A stretch of 64,000 bases of DNA from Acidobacteriota bacterium (GTDB taxonomy: Bacteria; Acidobacteriota; UBA890; WLXD01), in contig CBDFKD010000002.1 in the NCBI GenBank assembly GCA_965248695.1, positions 2,624,001 to 2,688,000 on the forward strand, written 5' to 3'. Below the pieces are notes generated by a model. That model ran no database searches, was not told where the DNA came from, and worked only from the letters and a program-made list of their open reading frames with translations. The translations under genes were made by a program, and so were the position numbers. Below are positions 48,743 through 58,380 of this stretch, piece by piece (the stretch's first letter is position 1; every line of letters begins with the position of its first letter).

Positions 48743-51466
48743 TTACTCCGACCGCATCGCCACCAGCGGATCGACCCTCGTTGCGCGCCGTGCCGGCAGG
48801 TAGCTGGCCAACAATCCCGTCGCCGTCAGGATGACAACGATGCCGCCGAACACGACCGGATCGGCCGGCTGCACCTGGAACAAGACGAACGACAGGAGTC
48901 GCCCCAGCCCCACCGCCAGCACCAGTCCCAGGACCGTCCCCACCGCCAGCTGCTGCATTCCCTGCCGCATCACCAGCCGCAGCACGTCGCCGGGGGCAGC
49001 ACCGAGGGCGACACGCAGCCCGACCTCGTGGGTGCGCTGGCTGACCGAGAACGCCAGCACGCCGTAGAGGCCGACGGTCGCGAGGAACAAAGCCGCGGCA
49101 CCGAAGACGGTGAACATGGTGCCGAAGATACGCAGGAACTGCTGCGTGTTTTCGACGGCCGCAGTGAGTGTTGAAACACCGGAAACCGGCAGGTCGGCGT
49201 CGACGGAAGTGACGGCTCTGCGGACGCCATCCGCCAGCTCTAGCGGGTCGCCGCTGGACCGCACAATCAGGCTCGCGGCCGACGACGGCCGTTGAGCGAA
49301 CGGCGTATAGATCGCTTCGTCGTTGAGGATGAAGATCTGCGCGTCGAGGTATAGGTCGGGCACGACGCCGACGATCGTGTACCAGATGTCATCGTTCCGC
49401 TCCGTCTGACCCGATGTGCGCACCCCACGTATCGCCACCCGCCGCCCGACAACCGACGAGGTTGTTGAATGGGTAGCAACGAACGCTTGATTCACGATGG
49501 CCACCGGCATCCCATCGGCATTGTCGGCCAGTGTGAACGCCCGGCCTTCCAGAATCGGGGCCTTCAGACTGGTGAAGTAGTCTGGATCGATAGCGCCTAT
49601 GCGGGCGCTGGGGTAGTCACGATCCGCCTGATAGGTCTGTCCCTCCACCGCATAGCGTCCGTTGTCGGCGCCGACGACGGGGAGATCCGTGCCAATCGAT
49701 GCAGTGGTGGCACCGGGGAGCGCACGCAATCTGATGCCGAGCTCGTCGAAGAACTGGCGTTGGCTTATGCCATCGGGGTAGTCGGCCGGCGGTAGTGCCA
49801 CCTGCGCCGTGAGCAGCCCGTCGACCTCGAATGCGTAGTCGACGTTGGCCAGATTAGTGACGCTGCGCACCATCAGTCCGGCAGCTACGAGCAAGGCGCA
49901 CGAGAAGGCGACCTCCACTACAACCAGGGTGCGGCTGAGCTTGCCAATGCGGAGACTCGAACCGCCGCGTGAGACGTCTTTGAGAACGTCGCTCATGTCG
50001 GTGCCCGACGCCTGCGCGGCGGGCAAGAGCCCGGAAAGGAGACTGGCTGCGAGCGTCAGACCGAACAAGAACAACAGCACGTCGGGGTCGATGCCGATGT
50101 CGACCCAGAACGGCGGCCCGCCAGGGAGTGCCGCGAGCGTCTGGTTGAACCAATCGATTCCGAGCTTGGCCAGCCCAATGCCGACAGCCGCCCCGAGGCT
50201 GGCGATCATCGCCGCCTCGATCAGCAGCTGGCCGAACAACCGCGCCCGACTGGCGCCGAGTGCGCTGCAAACCGCGACCTCCTTGCTGCGCAAGCTGGCG
50301 CGCGCCAGCAACAGGTTGGCGACGTTGGCGCAGGCGATTACGAGCACCAGCGACACAGCTCCGAGCATGGTGAACAGAAACGGTGTGAGCTGATAGCCGA
50401 TGATCTCGCGCACGAACAGGCCCATGATCATCGTCATGCCCTCGTTCGTGTCAGGGTGCTCCTCGCCGAGACGACGCATGATGCGATCGACGTCGCCTTG
50501 CGCCTGCGCCATCGTGACGCCGTCCGCCAGGCGGCCGACCATGGACATGTTCGGACCTTCACTGCGTCGGAGCGCGTCGATATCGACCTGCAACGGTAGC
50601 CACAGCTGCTGGTTGAACGGGAACTCGAAGCCCTCGGGCATCACCCCGATCACCGTCATCGGGGCACCGTTCACCCGCAACGTGCTGCCAACGGCAGCGC
50701 GTTCACCACCCAGGCGGTCCTGCCAGAACCGATACCCCACCACCACCACCGGCGGTCCACCGGCGGCTTCGTCGGCAGCCGTGAAAGTGCGGCCGCGAGC
50801 GGGTGTCACGCGCAGCAGCGGGAACATGTTGGCGGTTACCGATGCGGCAGTGAGAAACTCCGGCTCCTGTCCCGGCGGGCTCACGTTGGCGGGGACGATC
50901 TCCATGCCGGCGAGGGCTTCGAAGGTCGTCTGGCTCTCGACCAGATCGCGATAGTCATGGATGTGACCGATCAGGCGACTGGGCCCCTCGAGCAAGTTCA
51001 CCCGATTGAGCGCCACGAGCTCGTGCGGCTCGTCGAACGGCAGGCCCTTGAGCAGGACGCCGTTGACGATGCTGAACATCGCCGTGGTCAGACCGATTCC
51101 CAGCCCTACAGCCAGGACCGCAATGGCGGCGAGCCCAGGTTTGTGCACCAGTCGGCGGAAGGCGGTTCTCAGATCGGCGAACAGGTTGCTCATCACAGGA
51201 GTTTCCTCGGACTGGGAGGGAATTCGTTGTCGCGTGTATGGCCCATACGTCAGCCAGGCACGGGGTAACGCAAACGCCGAATCACGTAGCAACTCCGCCG
51301 CGAGCCGGCCGGGGCGACGGCCAGCGCGGTACAGCTCGTCGCGACGGGCCGTCATTGCCTCGAGCACGTCCTCGCCGTACCGGCGTCGGAAGCGACGCGG
51401 GTACAGCGCCAGCAGGAGGCGGAGAAGGAGCGGTGGCCGCGTCGCGGCATCAGGCTGCCGGGGCAC
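48743..51466 (-). CDS. ADOP-type duplicated ABC permease with N-terminal prefix domain
   Basis: LLLALYPRRFRRRYGED prefix; LGIGLTT; IACANVANLLLAR; RTHEVGLRVALGA; start overlaps the PadR stop. Confidence 0.92.
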   Translation of the reverse strand: MPRQPDAATRPPLLLRLLLALYPRRFRRRYGEDVLEAMTARRDELYRAGRRPGRLAAELLRDSAFALPRAWLTYGPYTRQRIPSQSEETPVMSNLFADLRTAFRRLVHKPGLAAIAVLAVGLGIGLTTAMFSIVNGVLLKGLPFDEPHELVALNRVNLLEGPSRLIGHIHDYRDLVESQTTFEALAGMEIVPANVSPPGQEPEFLTAASVTANMFPLLRVTPARGRTFTAADEAAGGPPVVVVGYRFWQDRLGGERAAVGSTLRVNGAPMTVIGVMPEGFEFPFNQQLWLPLQVDIDALRRSEGPNMSMVGRLADGVTMAQAQGDVDRIMRRLGEEHPDTNEGMTMIMGLFVREIIGYQLTPFLFTMLGAVSLVLVIACANVANLLLARASLRSKEVAVCSALGASRARLFGQLLIEAAMIASLGAAVGIGLAKLGIDWFNQTLAALPGGPPFWVDIGIDPDVLLFLFGLTLAASLLSGLLPAAQASGTDMSDVLKDVSRGGSSLRIGKLSRTLVVVEVAFSCALLVAAGLMVRSVTNLANVDYAFEVDGLLTAQVALPPADYPDGISQRQFFDELGIRLRALPGATTASIGTDLPVVGADNGRYAVEGQTYQADRDYPSARIGAIDPDYFTSLKAPILEGRAFTLADNADGMPVAIVNQAFVATHSTTSSVVGRRVAIRGVRTSGQTERNDDIWYTIVGVVPDLYLDAQIFILNDEAIYTPFAQRPSSAASLIVRSSGDPLELADGVRRAVTSVDADLPVSGVSTLTAAVENTQQFLRIFGTMFTVFGAAALFLATVGLYGVLAFSVSQRTHEVGLRVALGAAPGDVLRLVMRQGMQQLAVGTVLGLVLAVGLGRLLSFVLFQVQPADPVVFGGIVVILTATGLLASYLPARRATRVDPLVAMRSE

Positions 51467-51804
51467 TACAGAACCCGCTTGGCCCGGGCGAAGCTCAGGA
51501 CCTTGGACAGGGTCTCGGCCTCACGCTCGAGCGTCGAGCGGCCGAGATCGGTGAGTCGGTAGTAGCGCCGGCGGCCATGCGCACCGTCGTCGGGACCGCT
51601 CGACTCCTCGATCAGCCCGGAGTCGGCAAGCCGACCCAGCGACCAGTAGAGCGATCCGGGGCCGAGATCGATGCTGCCGTCGGAGCGCTCGGCAACTTCC
51701 TTGGCCATGGAATAGCCATGCCGCTCGCCGTCCACCAGGGTCAACAGCAGGAAGAAGAACGCCGGGGTGATGCGGATCGATGGATCGGAGCCGGTGGAAG
51801 GCAT
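51466..51804 (-). CDS. PadR-family transcriptional regulator
   Basis: LLTLVDGERHGY, GPGSLY..L.RL...GLI, RRRYYRLT..G. Confidence 0.92.
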   Translation of the reverse strand: MPSTGSDPSIRITPAFFFLLLTLVDGERHGYSMAKEVAERSDGSIDLGPGSLYWSLGRLADSGLIEESSGPDDGAHGRRRYYRLTDLGRSTLEREAETLSKVLSFARAKRVL

Positions 51805-51863
51805 AGGGGTGTTCCTCTTGATGCTGTGTTGCTCTGATGCGGTGCTCGCGCGGAAGTGTTCTC

Positions 51864-51892
51864 ATACAGAAACTGTTGTATCGGGTTCTGTA
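51864..51892. promoter_or_regulatory. putative PadR operator
   Basis: ATACA-N8-TGTAT (51864-51881) overlapping TACAGAA-N14-TTCTGTA (51865-51892), about 60 bp upstream of the PadR gene. Confidence 0.55.
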
Positions 51893-52088
51893 GTAACAAC
51901 GGAGCGGCCGCCGAGAAGTTCCAGAATTTCTCAGTGGACGGGGAGGGTCTGATGAACGTCAGCCCGGCATACCGGCCGAGCCGCGCTCGACCGGCGGTCA
52001 CGCCATGCGCCATGGGGCCACTCCGCGGCCGGCGTCGTAGACTCGATGCGCAACGGAGGCCGCGCAACCCGACGCCGGAGAGAGATAC

Positions 52089-52562
52089 ATGGGAGACGTC
52101 GTCTATCGATCGGAGATCGCGCTGACGCGCAACCGCGGTCCGCTGCGCACGGCAACCATGCCCGGAGGTGAGTCGGTGGACTTCGGCGTGCACGGGGCCA
52201 TCGCGGCGCACTATGGCGTCTCGATGGATGACTTCGACCCCGTGAGCACGACGCTCGATTACATCGTTGCCGCCGCCGCCGGCTGAATGACCGGTACCTT
52301 CGGCGGTGCGCTGGAGAAGCGAGGCATAGCGGCAAGTGACGGGAAGCTGCGATCGACCACTGTCGGCGAGATCGAGTCAGAGGGCGGCACCCTGGTGATT
52401 CGTAGAATCCACGTCGGGTATCACCTCGCCGTCGAGGCGGATGCGGATCGCACCGTCGTTGATCGCGTGCTCGACGTCCACGCCGGCGCCTGCCCGGTGT
52501 ATCGCAGCCTGCACCCGCAGATCGAGATCACGGCGTCGCTCGAGCTCGACCCCGCGGGCTGA
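52089..52562 (+). CDS. OsmC-family protein with in-frame UGA (probable selenocysteine)
   Basis: ORFs 52089-52286 and 52287-52562 share one frame. DYIVAAAAG-TGA-MTGTFGGAL puts TGA at the first OsmC cysteine; the second Cys is in ACPVYRSL. Confidence 0.82.
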
Positions 52563-52577
52563 GTCGCGCCGCGGTCT

Positions 52578-53561
52578 TCAGAGCCAGTCCGCCTGGCGGT
52601 ACCACTCGGCGGTGTCAGCGAACCCGCGGGCGGCATCGATGCGCGCCACGTGCCCGATGGCGCGAGCAATCTTGGTAGCGTCGCAGACCAGTCCCGGAGC
52701 GCTGAGCTCGCAGAGGCGATCTCGGTTCAGCAGCGCTGGCCGGCCGGTGACGCGACCGCTGAATTCGCCGATCTCGGCGATCGCCCAGAGCAGCCACCGG
52801 GGCACGGGGAGCGTGCGCACGCGTCGTTTGTACGTCTCGGAGAGCAAGCGGGCAAAATCGAGTTGCCGGACGGGGTCGGCGTGGCCGACGAAGAACGTTT
52901 CGCCGATCACTGCATCGACGCCGGCAAGCCCGGTGTCGCCCACCGCCCGCAGCCCGGCCACCAGATCAGCTACGTGGATGAACGTGTAGGCGGTCTCGGG
53001 ATCGCCGAGCAGCGGACAGAAACCGCGCTTGCCGCCGCGGAAAAGCGCCAGAAAGTCGCGGTCGCGAGGCCCATAGACTCCTGGCGGGCGAACGATCGAG
53101 TACCTAAGCCCCTCGATCTCCATCACCGCCTTTTCGCCGGCCAGCTTGCTCTTTCCGTACAGGCTCAAGGGCGCCGGCTCGTCGTTTTCCGTGCGTGGTC
53201 GCTGCGGCGTGCCGGCGCCCGCCGCCGCCTGGCTCGATACAAGCAGAAAGAACGCACCGCCACGCTGCGCCGCCAGTGCCGCCTGCCGCGCACCCTCGAC
53301 GTTGACCCGGGTGAACGCTTCGTGGTCGGGGGCGCGGGTCAACCCTGCCAGGTGATAGACGATCGCTGCGTCCTCGCAGGCGGACCCCATATCGTCGGCC
53401 TCGAGCTCGCACTCGACGCGTTGAACGCCGTCCGGCAGGGGGTTGGAGCTCGAGGCGCGCACAACGGCTCGCACTCCCCAGTCGGAGTCGCGCAGGCTCT
53501 CGCACAGATTCCAGCCGATGAACCCGGTGCCACCGGTGACAACGGCAATTCTGGCAGTCAT
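52578..53561 (-). CDS. extended SDR / NAD-dependent epimerase-dehydratase, candidate oxo-ceramide or ketosphinganine reductase
   Basis: VTGGTGFIG, HLAG, SS.AA, YGKSK, VYGPRD; last gene of the spt operon. Confidence 0.8.
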   Translation of the reverse strand: MTARIAVVTGGTGFIGWNLCESLRDSDWGVRAVVRASSSNPLPDGVQRVECELEADDMGSACEDAAIVYHLAGLTRAPDHEAFTRVNVEGARQAALAAQRGGAFFLLVSSQAAAGAGTPQRPRTENDEPAPLSLYGKSKLAGEKAVMEIEGLRYSIVRPPGVYGPRDRDFLALFRGGKRGFCPLLGDPETAYTFIHVADLVAGLRAVGDTGLAGVDAVIGETFFVGHADPVRQLDFARLLSETYKRRVRTLPVPRWLLWAIAEIGEFSGRVTGRPALLNRDRLCELSAPGLVCDATKIARAIGHVARIDAARGFADTAEWYRQADWL

Positions 53562-53568
53562 CGTGGCT

Positions 53569-54708
53569 CTACAGCGGCTTTTGGTAGATCCGGTAGGTCT
53601 TGGAGCGCTCGCAGCCGACAAGCTGTATCGCCTTGTTGATGCCGTCGTTGTCTTCCAGCGTCCAGCCGCACTCGCCGCCGCGCCAGCCGAGTCCTTCGAC
53701 GACGCGAATCGAGTGCGCAATCAGAAGCAACTCGAGGCCTTTCTGGCGATGTTCGGCCACTACTCCCAGCAGCATGAGGCGGCATTGGTCGATGATGCTT
53801 TTCTTGCGCAGCAGGTGCAAGAAACCGAACGGCAGCAGGCGCCCGCGCATGCGCTTGAACACCTGGTTGAAGTCGGGAACGGTGAGGCAAAACGCGATCG
53901 GCTTGCCCTCGATCTCCATGATGAGCGCCAGGTCGAAGTTGAGGATCATCTTCATGTCCTTGGCGGTGTGCAGGAACTCCTCCTCGGTCGGCGGCACGAA
54001 GCCCCAGTTGTTCGCCCACGCCTCGGAGAAGATGCGCAAGATTGTCAGCGCGTCCTGCTCGAAGTTCTTCTTGCTCAGCTGGCGGATCGTCGGCCGCGGA
54101 ACCAGCCGCGCTTCGATGCGCTTCAAGATGCGCTCGGAGCGCCGATTGACGCTGGTGTCGATCTCGAACCACCAGGTCCATAGATCCTTCGCCTTGCTAT
54201 AGCCGGCCGACTCCACCCACCCGGGATAGGTCGGTGGGTTGTAGGGTGTCTGAATCAACGGATCGCGATCGAACCGCTCTACGAGCAAGCCCGCCGGATG
54301 GTTGAGCGATGGGTTTGCCGGGCCTCTCAAGGCGTCGCGGCCGCGGCCTGTCGCCCAGCGCTCCGCTGCCTCCAGCAACTTCGCGGCCACCTCGCCGTCC
54401 TCGGCTTCCAGGAAGCCGAAGAACGCCACGTTGTCGCCGTGGATCTCGTTGTGCCGTTCGTCGTCGATGGCGGCAATTCGGCCCACGGCCTCGCCGTCGC
54501 GCAGCGCCAGGTAGAGCTCCATCTCGGCATGACGAAAGAACGGGTTCTTGGCGGTGTTCAGCAGATCCCGTTCGGCGAGGATCAGCGGCGGCACCCAGTG
54601 CGGATCGCCGGCATACAGCCGGAACGGCAGCTTGATGAACGCGTCGCGCTCGCGCTTGGTCGCCACCCGACGGATCGCCACCGCCGGTGAGCCCGTGGCC
54701 TCCGTCAT
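53569..54708 (-). CDS. YghO-like double-GNAT acyltransferase, candidate bacterial ceramide synthase
   Basis: FIKLP..LY.GDPHWVPPL, NPFF.HAE, GRIAAI, FFGF.E, PYNP, NWGFVP, W.LEDN; adjacent to spt. Confidence 0.8.
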   Translation of the reverse strand: MTEATGSPAVAIRRVATKRERDAFIKLPFRLYAGDPHWVPPLILAERDLLNTAKNPFFRHAEMELYLALRDGEAVGRIAAIDDERHNEIHGDNVAFFGFLEAEDGEVAAKLLEAAERWATGRGRDALRGPANPSLNHPAGLLVERFDRDPLIQTPYNPPTYPGWVESAGYSKAKDLWTWWFEIDTSVNRRSERILKRIEARLVPRPTIRQLSKKNFEQDALTILRIFSEAWANNWGFVPPTEEEFLHTAKDMKMILNFDLALIMEIEGKPIAFCLTVPDFNQVFKRMRGRLLPFGFLHLLRKKSIIDQCRLMLLGVVAEHRQKGLELLLIAHSIRVVEGLGWRGGECGWTLEDNDGINKAIQLVGCERSKTYRIYQKPL

Positions 54709-54732
54709 ACGTGTGTAGCGCCTCCGCGGACC

Positions 54733-55965
54733 TTACGCGGCACTGGTGATCACGCCGCGACGACGGCCGGCATCGGCGAATGCGCTCAGCACCGTTTCGA
54801 TCTCCTCGCGTGTATGGCTGGCGTTGACCGCCATGCGGATGAGTGCCTCACCCTCGGGGACCGCTGGCGGCAGCGCCGGCAGGGCGAAGATGCCCGCGTC
54901 CCAGACGTCCTTCCACACCACCATGGCCAAATCGGCGTCGCCGATTGACACCGGCACGATCGGACCCTCCGAGCCGAGCGTGTTGAACCCCAGCCCGCGC
55001 AAACCCTTGCGGAACATCACCACGCGCTTCCACAGCCGCTCTCGATGCTCAGGCTCGCTGGCCAGGATCTCGAGCGCCTTGTGGGTGGTCGCCACCTGGG
55101 CCGGCGGCAACGCGGCGGTGAACACGAACGGGCGCGCCAGACACTTGATGTAGTCGACGATCTCGGCGTTGCCGCCGACGAACCCGCCGACCGATGCGAA
55201 CGCCTTGGAAAACGTACCGATCACCAGGTCGACCTCGTCCTCGAGGCCGAAGTGATCCGGTGTGCCGCGGCCGTTGGGACCGAGAACACCGGTGGAGTGG
55301 GCGTCGTCCACCAGCACTCGCGCGCCGTACCGTCGCGCCAGCTCGACGATCCCCGGCAAATCGGCGATCTCACCGCTCATCGAGAAGACGCCGTCGGTGA
55401 CGATCATCTTGCCCGCGTTGCGTCCGGCGTCGCGCTTCAGCAACGACTCGAGGTGATCCATGTCGCCGTGGCGGTACTTGCGCAGCTGGCCGTACGACAG
55501 CCGCGCCCCGTCATAAAGACTGGCGTGGTTCTCGCGGTCGAAGTACATGATGTCGCGACGACCAACGACAGCGGCCAGCACCCCGAGCGAGCCGAGGAAG
55601 CCGGTGCTGAACGTCAACGCCGCCTCGCGCTTCAGAAAATCCGCCAGGTCTCGCTCGAAGGCCTCGTGGATTCCCAGCGTGCCGTTCAGGAAACGTGAGC
55701 CGGTGCAGCTTGTTCCGAACTCACGCAGCGCCGGCAGGCCGGCGTTCTGTACGCGCTCGTCCTGGCTCAGGCCGAGGTAGTCGTTGGAGCAAGCCATGAC
55801 CATACGGTTGCCATCGACGGTGACCTCGTTGCCTTTCTGCGCTCGAAGCGCCTTGAAGTACGGAAAGAGCCCGATGTCGCGCAGCTCGTTGGCGCGCTGG
55901 TAGTACTTGGAGTCCGACTTGTCGAAGATATCCACCTTCATGGTGGGGATTTCGGCTTGTGCCAT
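54733..55965 (-). CDS. spt: serine palmitoyltransferase-like alpha-oxoamine synthase
   Basis: LFPYF, SNDYLGL, GTSCTGSRFLNGT, NHAS, DGVFSM, DDAH, GTFSK (PLP lysine); neighbours fit sphingolipid rather than biotin synthesis. Confidence 0.8.
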   Translation of the reverse strand: MAQAEIPTMKVDIFDKSDSKYYQRANELRDIGLFPYFKALRAQKGNEVTVDGNRMVMACSNDYLGLSQDERVQNAGLPALREFGTSCTGSRFLNGTLGIHEAFERDLADFLKREAALTFSTGFLGSLGVLAAVVGRRDIMYFDRENHASLYDGARLSYGQLRKYRHGDMDHLESLLKRDAGRNAGKMIVTDGVFSMSGEIADLPGIVELARRYGARVLVDDAHSTGVLGPNGRGTPDHFGLEDEVDLVIGTFSKAFASVGGFVGGNAEIVDYIKCLARPFVFTAALPPAQVATTHKALEILASEPEHRERLWKRVVMFRKGLRGLGFNTLGSEGPIVPVSIGDADLAMVVWKDVWDAGIFALPALPPAVPEGEALIRMAVNASHTREEIETVLSAFADAGRRRGVITSAA

Positions 55966-56081
55966 TTCGGTTCGCTCGCTCGAGGAGAGCGGCGGTAGCC
56001 CGGCACAGCACACACTTCGTGCCGGGCACACCCGTCAGACCCTGGCCTGTTTGACGACGTCTGAGAGCCGCGGAGGCGGAA

Positions 56082-56696
56082 TCAGGAGTCCGTGCGGTAC
56101 TCGTCGATCCGGTCCTGCAGCCGCTGAATGACGTCGTCTACGGTTTCGGTCTTCAGCAGGCGGATAAAGCGGCGGTTCCAACTACGAGCCGTGTCCACGT
56201 CGTCAACGACGTAATTGACGATCAGCCACCGATCCTCGCGTAGCGTGAGCTCGTAGTCGAGGGCAATGTCATCGCCCTCGAAGTAGGCCAGGGTATTGAC
56301 CACCGCTTGCTCGCCGTCGATCTCCTCGTTCAGGTAGTCGAAGCGGTCCGCTCGATAGCGGCCCACCCCCTTTATGGAACGAATGCGTAGCAAATCACCG
56401 AAGACGGCCTTCCACTCACCGCACTTCTCACCGTCGAGCTCGTTGTCCACACAGATCGGATCAATCGCGCCAGTCGACATCGATTCGAAGTCGGTGACGC
56501 CATTCATGACCTCGTAGACACGAGCCTCCCCCGCAGCATCGAGGGGGTCATGCTCGGCGAGAATGGCGGAAATCGCCTCGTTGGACGTACGGACGGTCTC
56601 CATCGGGGTGGTGATTCTTGCCGCGGCCTGGCCAACCGCTATCACGCCCAGAAGGAGCACCGACGCCACGAGACTAGTCGAGGACGACTTGGCCAT
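56082..56696 (-). CDS. MlaC/Ttg2D/HpnM-like periplasmic lipid-binding protein
   Basis: Signal peptide; DF..M; Y..E.IDG..A.V.T; LDY.L......W.I....VDDV.....W...F..LL; start overlaps the TolC 3' end. Confidence 0.8.
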   Translation of the reverse strand: MAKSSSTSLVASVLLLGVIAVGQAAARITTPMETVRTSNEAISAILAEHDPLDAAGEARVYEVMNGVTDFESMSTGAIDPICVDNELDGEKCGEWKAVFGDLLRIRSIKGVGRYRADRFDYLNEEIDGEQAVVNTLAYFEGDDIALDYELTLREDRWLIVNYVVDDVDTARSWNRRFIRLLKTETVDDVIQRLQDRIDEYRTDS

Positions 56697-58098
56697 CAGC
56701 AATCCACTGTAGGTATGAAGAAAGGTCTCCGATAACAAAGGCCAACTCGGCCAAGGAGACCATCAACTCATATTCTCTCTTAACGACCTCGTGCTGTAAA
56801 CGATAGTCGGCGCGGTAGGCCTTGATGAGCGGCTGTGCTTCGCCGATTCCGAGGTCGAAATCATCGCCGGCAGAACGTAGCCAGCGGCGCGTCTCGCGGC
56901 GCGTCTGGCGCGCCGAGGCCAGCAACTCGACGTTCTTGAGCACCCCCTCGAGGGCGCCCACTACCTCGATCTCGACGCTCATCTGCAACGCTAACCTGCG
57001 CGCGTCGGTGGCGTCGCGCTCGATCCGGCGCCTGGCGATATCGAGGTTGTGGCGCGCGAAGTTGAGGTCCCAGCGCATGTTCACCGCGGCGCCGGCACGG
57101 GTGAAATTGAACTCGTCGTAGGCGAACGGGTTCTTCTGGTCGTCGCGCGCCGCGGAGCGCGCAAAGCCGAAGCCACCGCCGATCAGGATCAGCGGCCAGC
57201 GGTTGCTGCGGCTGAGATCCATGGCCTCGTCGAGCGCACCGCTGGCCGCCGCCAGGGCGCGGAGCTGAGGATTGCGCTCGGCGGCGTCTGCCTGCAGAGC
57301 CCGAAGGTCGGCGCGGGTCAGTGCCACCTCAGGCATTCTATCGGCGCGCAGCTCGTAGGCGCTGGAGCTATCGAACCCCATCAGCTTGGCGAGCGCCTCG
57401 AGCAACAAGCGGTGCTTCTGGCGCGTTTCGAGGTAGACCGCGTCCACGTCGTAGCGGCCCGAGCGGATCTCCCAAGCGTCGTTGGGATCGATGTCCCCTT
57501 CATCGAGCTTCTGGTCCGCCTGCTCGATGAGCTCGTCGAAGGCGTCGCGCATGCCCTCGGCGATATCGAACGCGCGGCCCGCCGACAAGGCCCCCCAGTA
57601 GGTGCGTATGACCTCGCGAGACAGCTCGTCGCGGGCACGTTGCTGCTCGGATTCCTTGACGTCGACCACTCCGCGCGCCGCCGCGGTGCCATGGCGTAGC
57701 CGCCCGAATCCGTACACCGGGATGGCAAATCCGATCTGGCCCTTGAAGAACGGGCCCAGATCGTTCAGGTCGCTGGACGTATCGGGGGAGTTGAAGATGT
57801 CACCCCGGGCGCCGGGAACGACACCTGTGTAGCTGTCCAGCTGCACCTCGGGTAACGACCAGAAGCTCTGCCACTGCTTCAGATCGACCTCGGCCCGATC
57901 GACGTCGAGTCGGTGGGCCCGCATCAGCGGGTTCGAGTCGACCGCACGCGCCAGGACGGCGGCTAGCCCGAGACGCGGCGGTGTTCCGGCGGCCGGTTGC
58001 AGCTCCTGGGCGCTGGTGCTCGTGGCCGCCAGCAGCGCGGTCACGGCAACCAGGCTCGCGATGGCGGGTAGCTGGCGCCCGCTCGACTCGGCGCGCAT
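56674..58098 (-). CDS. TolC-family outer membrane factor
   Basis: AGGAG RBS; signal peptide; L...LA.A...NP, two helical repeats, AAERNPQL, RWP. Confidence 0.83.
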   Translation of the reverse strand: MRAESSGRQLPAIASLVAVTALLAATSTSAQELQPAAGTPPRLGLAAVLARAVDSNPLMRAHRLDVDRAEVDLKQWQSFWSLPEVQLDSYTGVVPGARGDIFNSPDTSSDLNDLGPFFKGQIGFAIPVYGFGRLRHGTAAARGVVDVKESEQQRARDELSREVIRTYWGALSAGRAFDIAEGMRDAFDELIEQADQKLDEGDIDPNDAWEIRSGRYDVDAVYLETRQKHRLLLEALAKLMGFDSSSAYELRADRMPEVALTRADLRALQADAAERNPQLRALAAASGALDEAMDLSRSNRWPLILIGGGFGFARSAARDDQKNPFAYDEFNFTRAGAAVNMRWDLNFARHNLDIARRRIERDATDARRLALQMSVEIEVVGALEGVLKNVELLASARQTRRETRRWLRSAGDDFDLGIGEAQPLIKAYRADYRLQHEVVKREYELMVSLAELAFVIGDLSSYLQWIADGQVVLD

Positions 58099-58380
58099 GG
58101 CGTCTCCTGCGGATATGGCTCAGGGGGAGCAATAGGTGTCGGGGGCGGCGACACTAAGCCTAGCATCGCGCCGTCGCCTCGCGGCGCTCGACGCCTAGGC
58201 ACCGCAAGCGCAGGAAAAGCACTCGGGCTTGACGCGTAGGAGCCCTTCCTAGAGCCTTGAGAGGGTGAGCTGCGTGGTCCCAGCGCGACCGACTCCCGTC
58301 ACGACCGCTAGTGGGCTTGGCCTGTCTGCAACCCGCGCCGCCGGTTGGTCGTGCGACCTGCCCGCCCAAGTAATCGGACC

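Noticed and set aside
13346-51466. Shared DNA stretches between the two permease genes and between the kinase genes as mobile-element repeats
   Set aside because: They correspond to conserved protein motifs in paralogs (for example ACANVANLLLAR), with no terminal inverted repeats or transposase.
54733-55965. BioF or Kbl annotation for the PLP enzyme
   Set aside because: There are no biotin or tdh genes nearby. The GSRFLNGT motif and the GNAT/SDR neighbours fit Spt better, though phylogeny is still needed.
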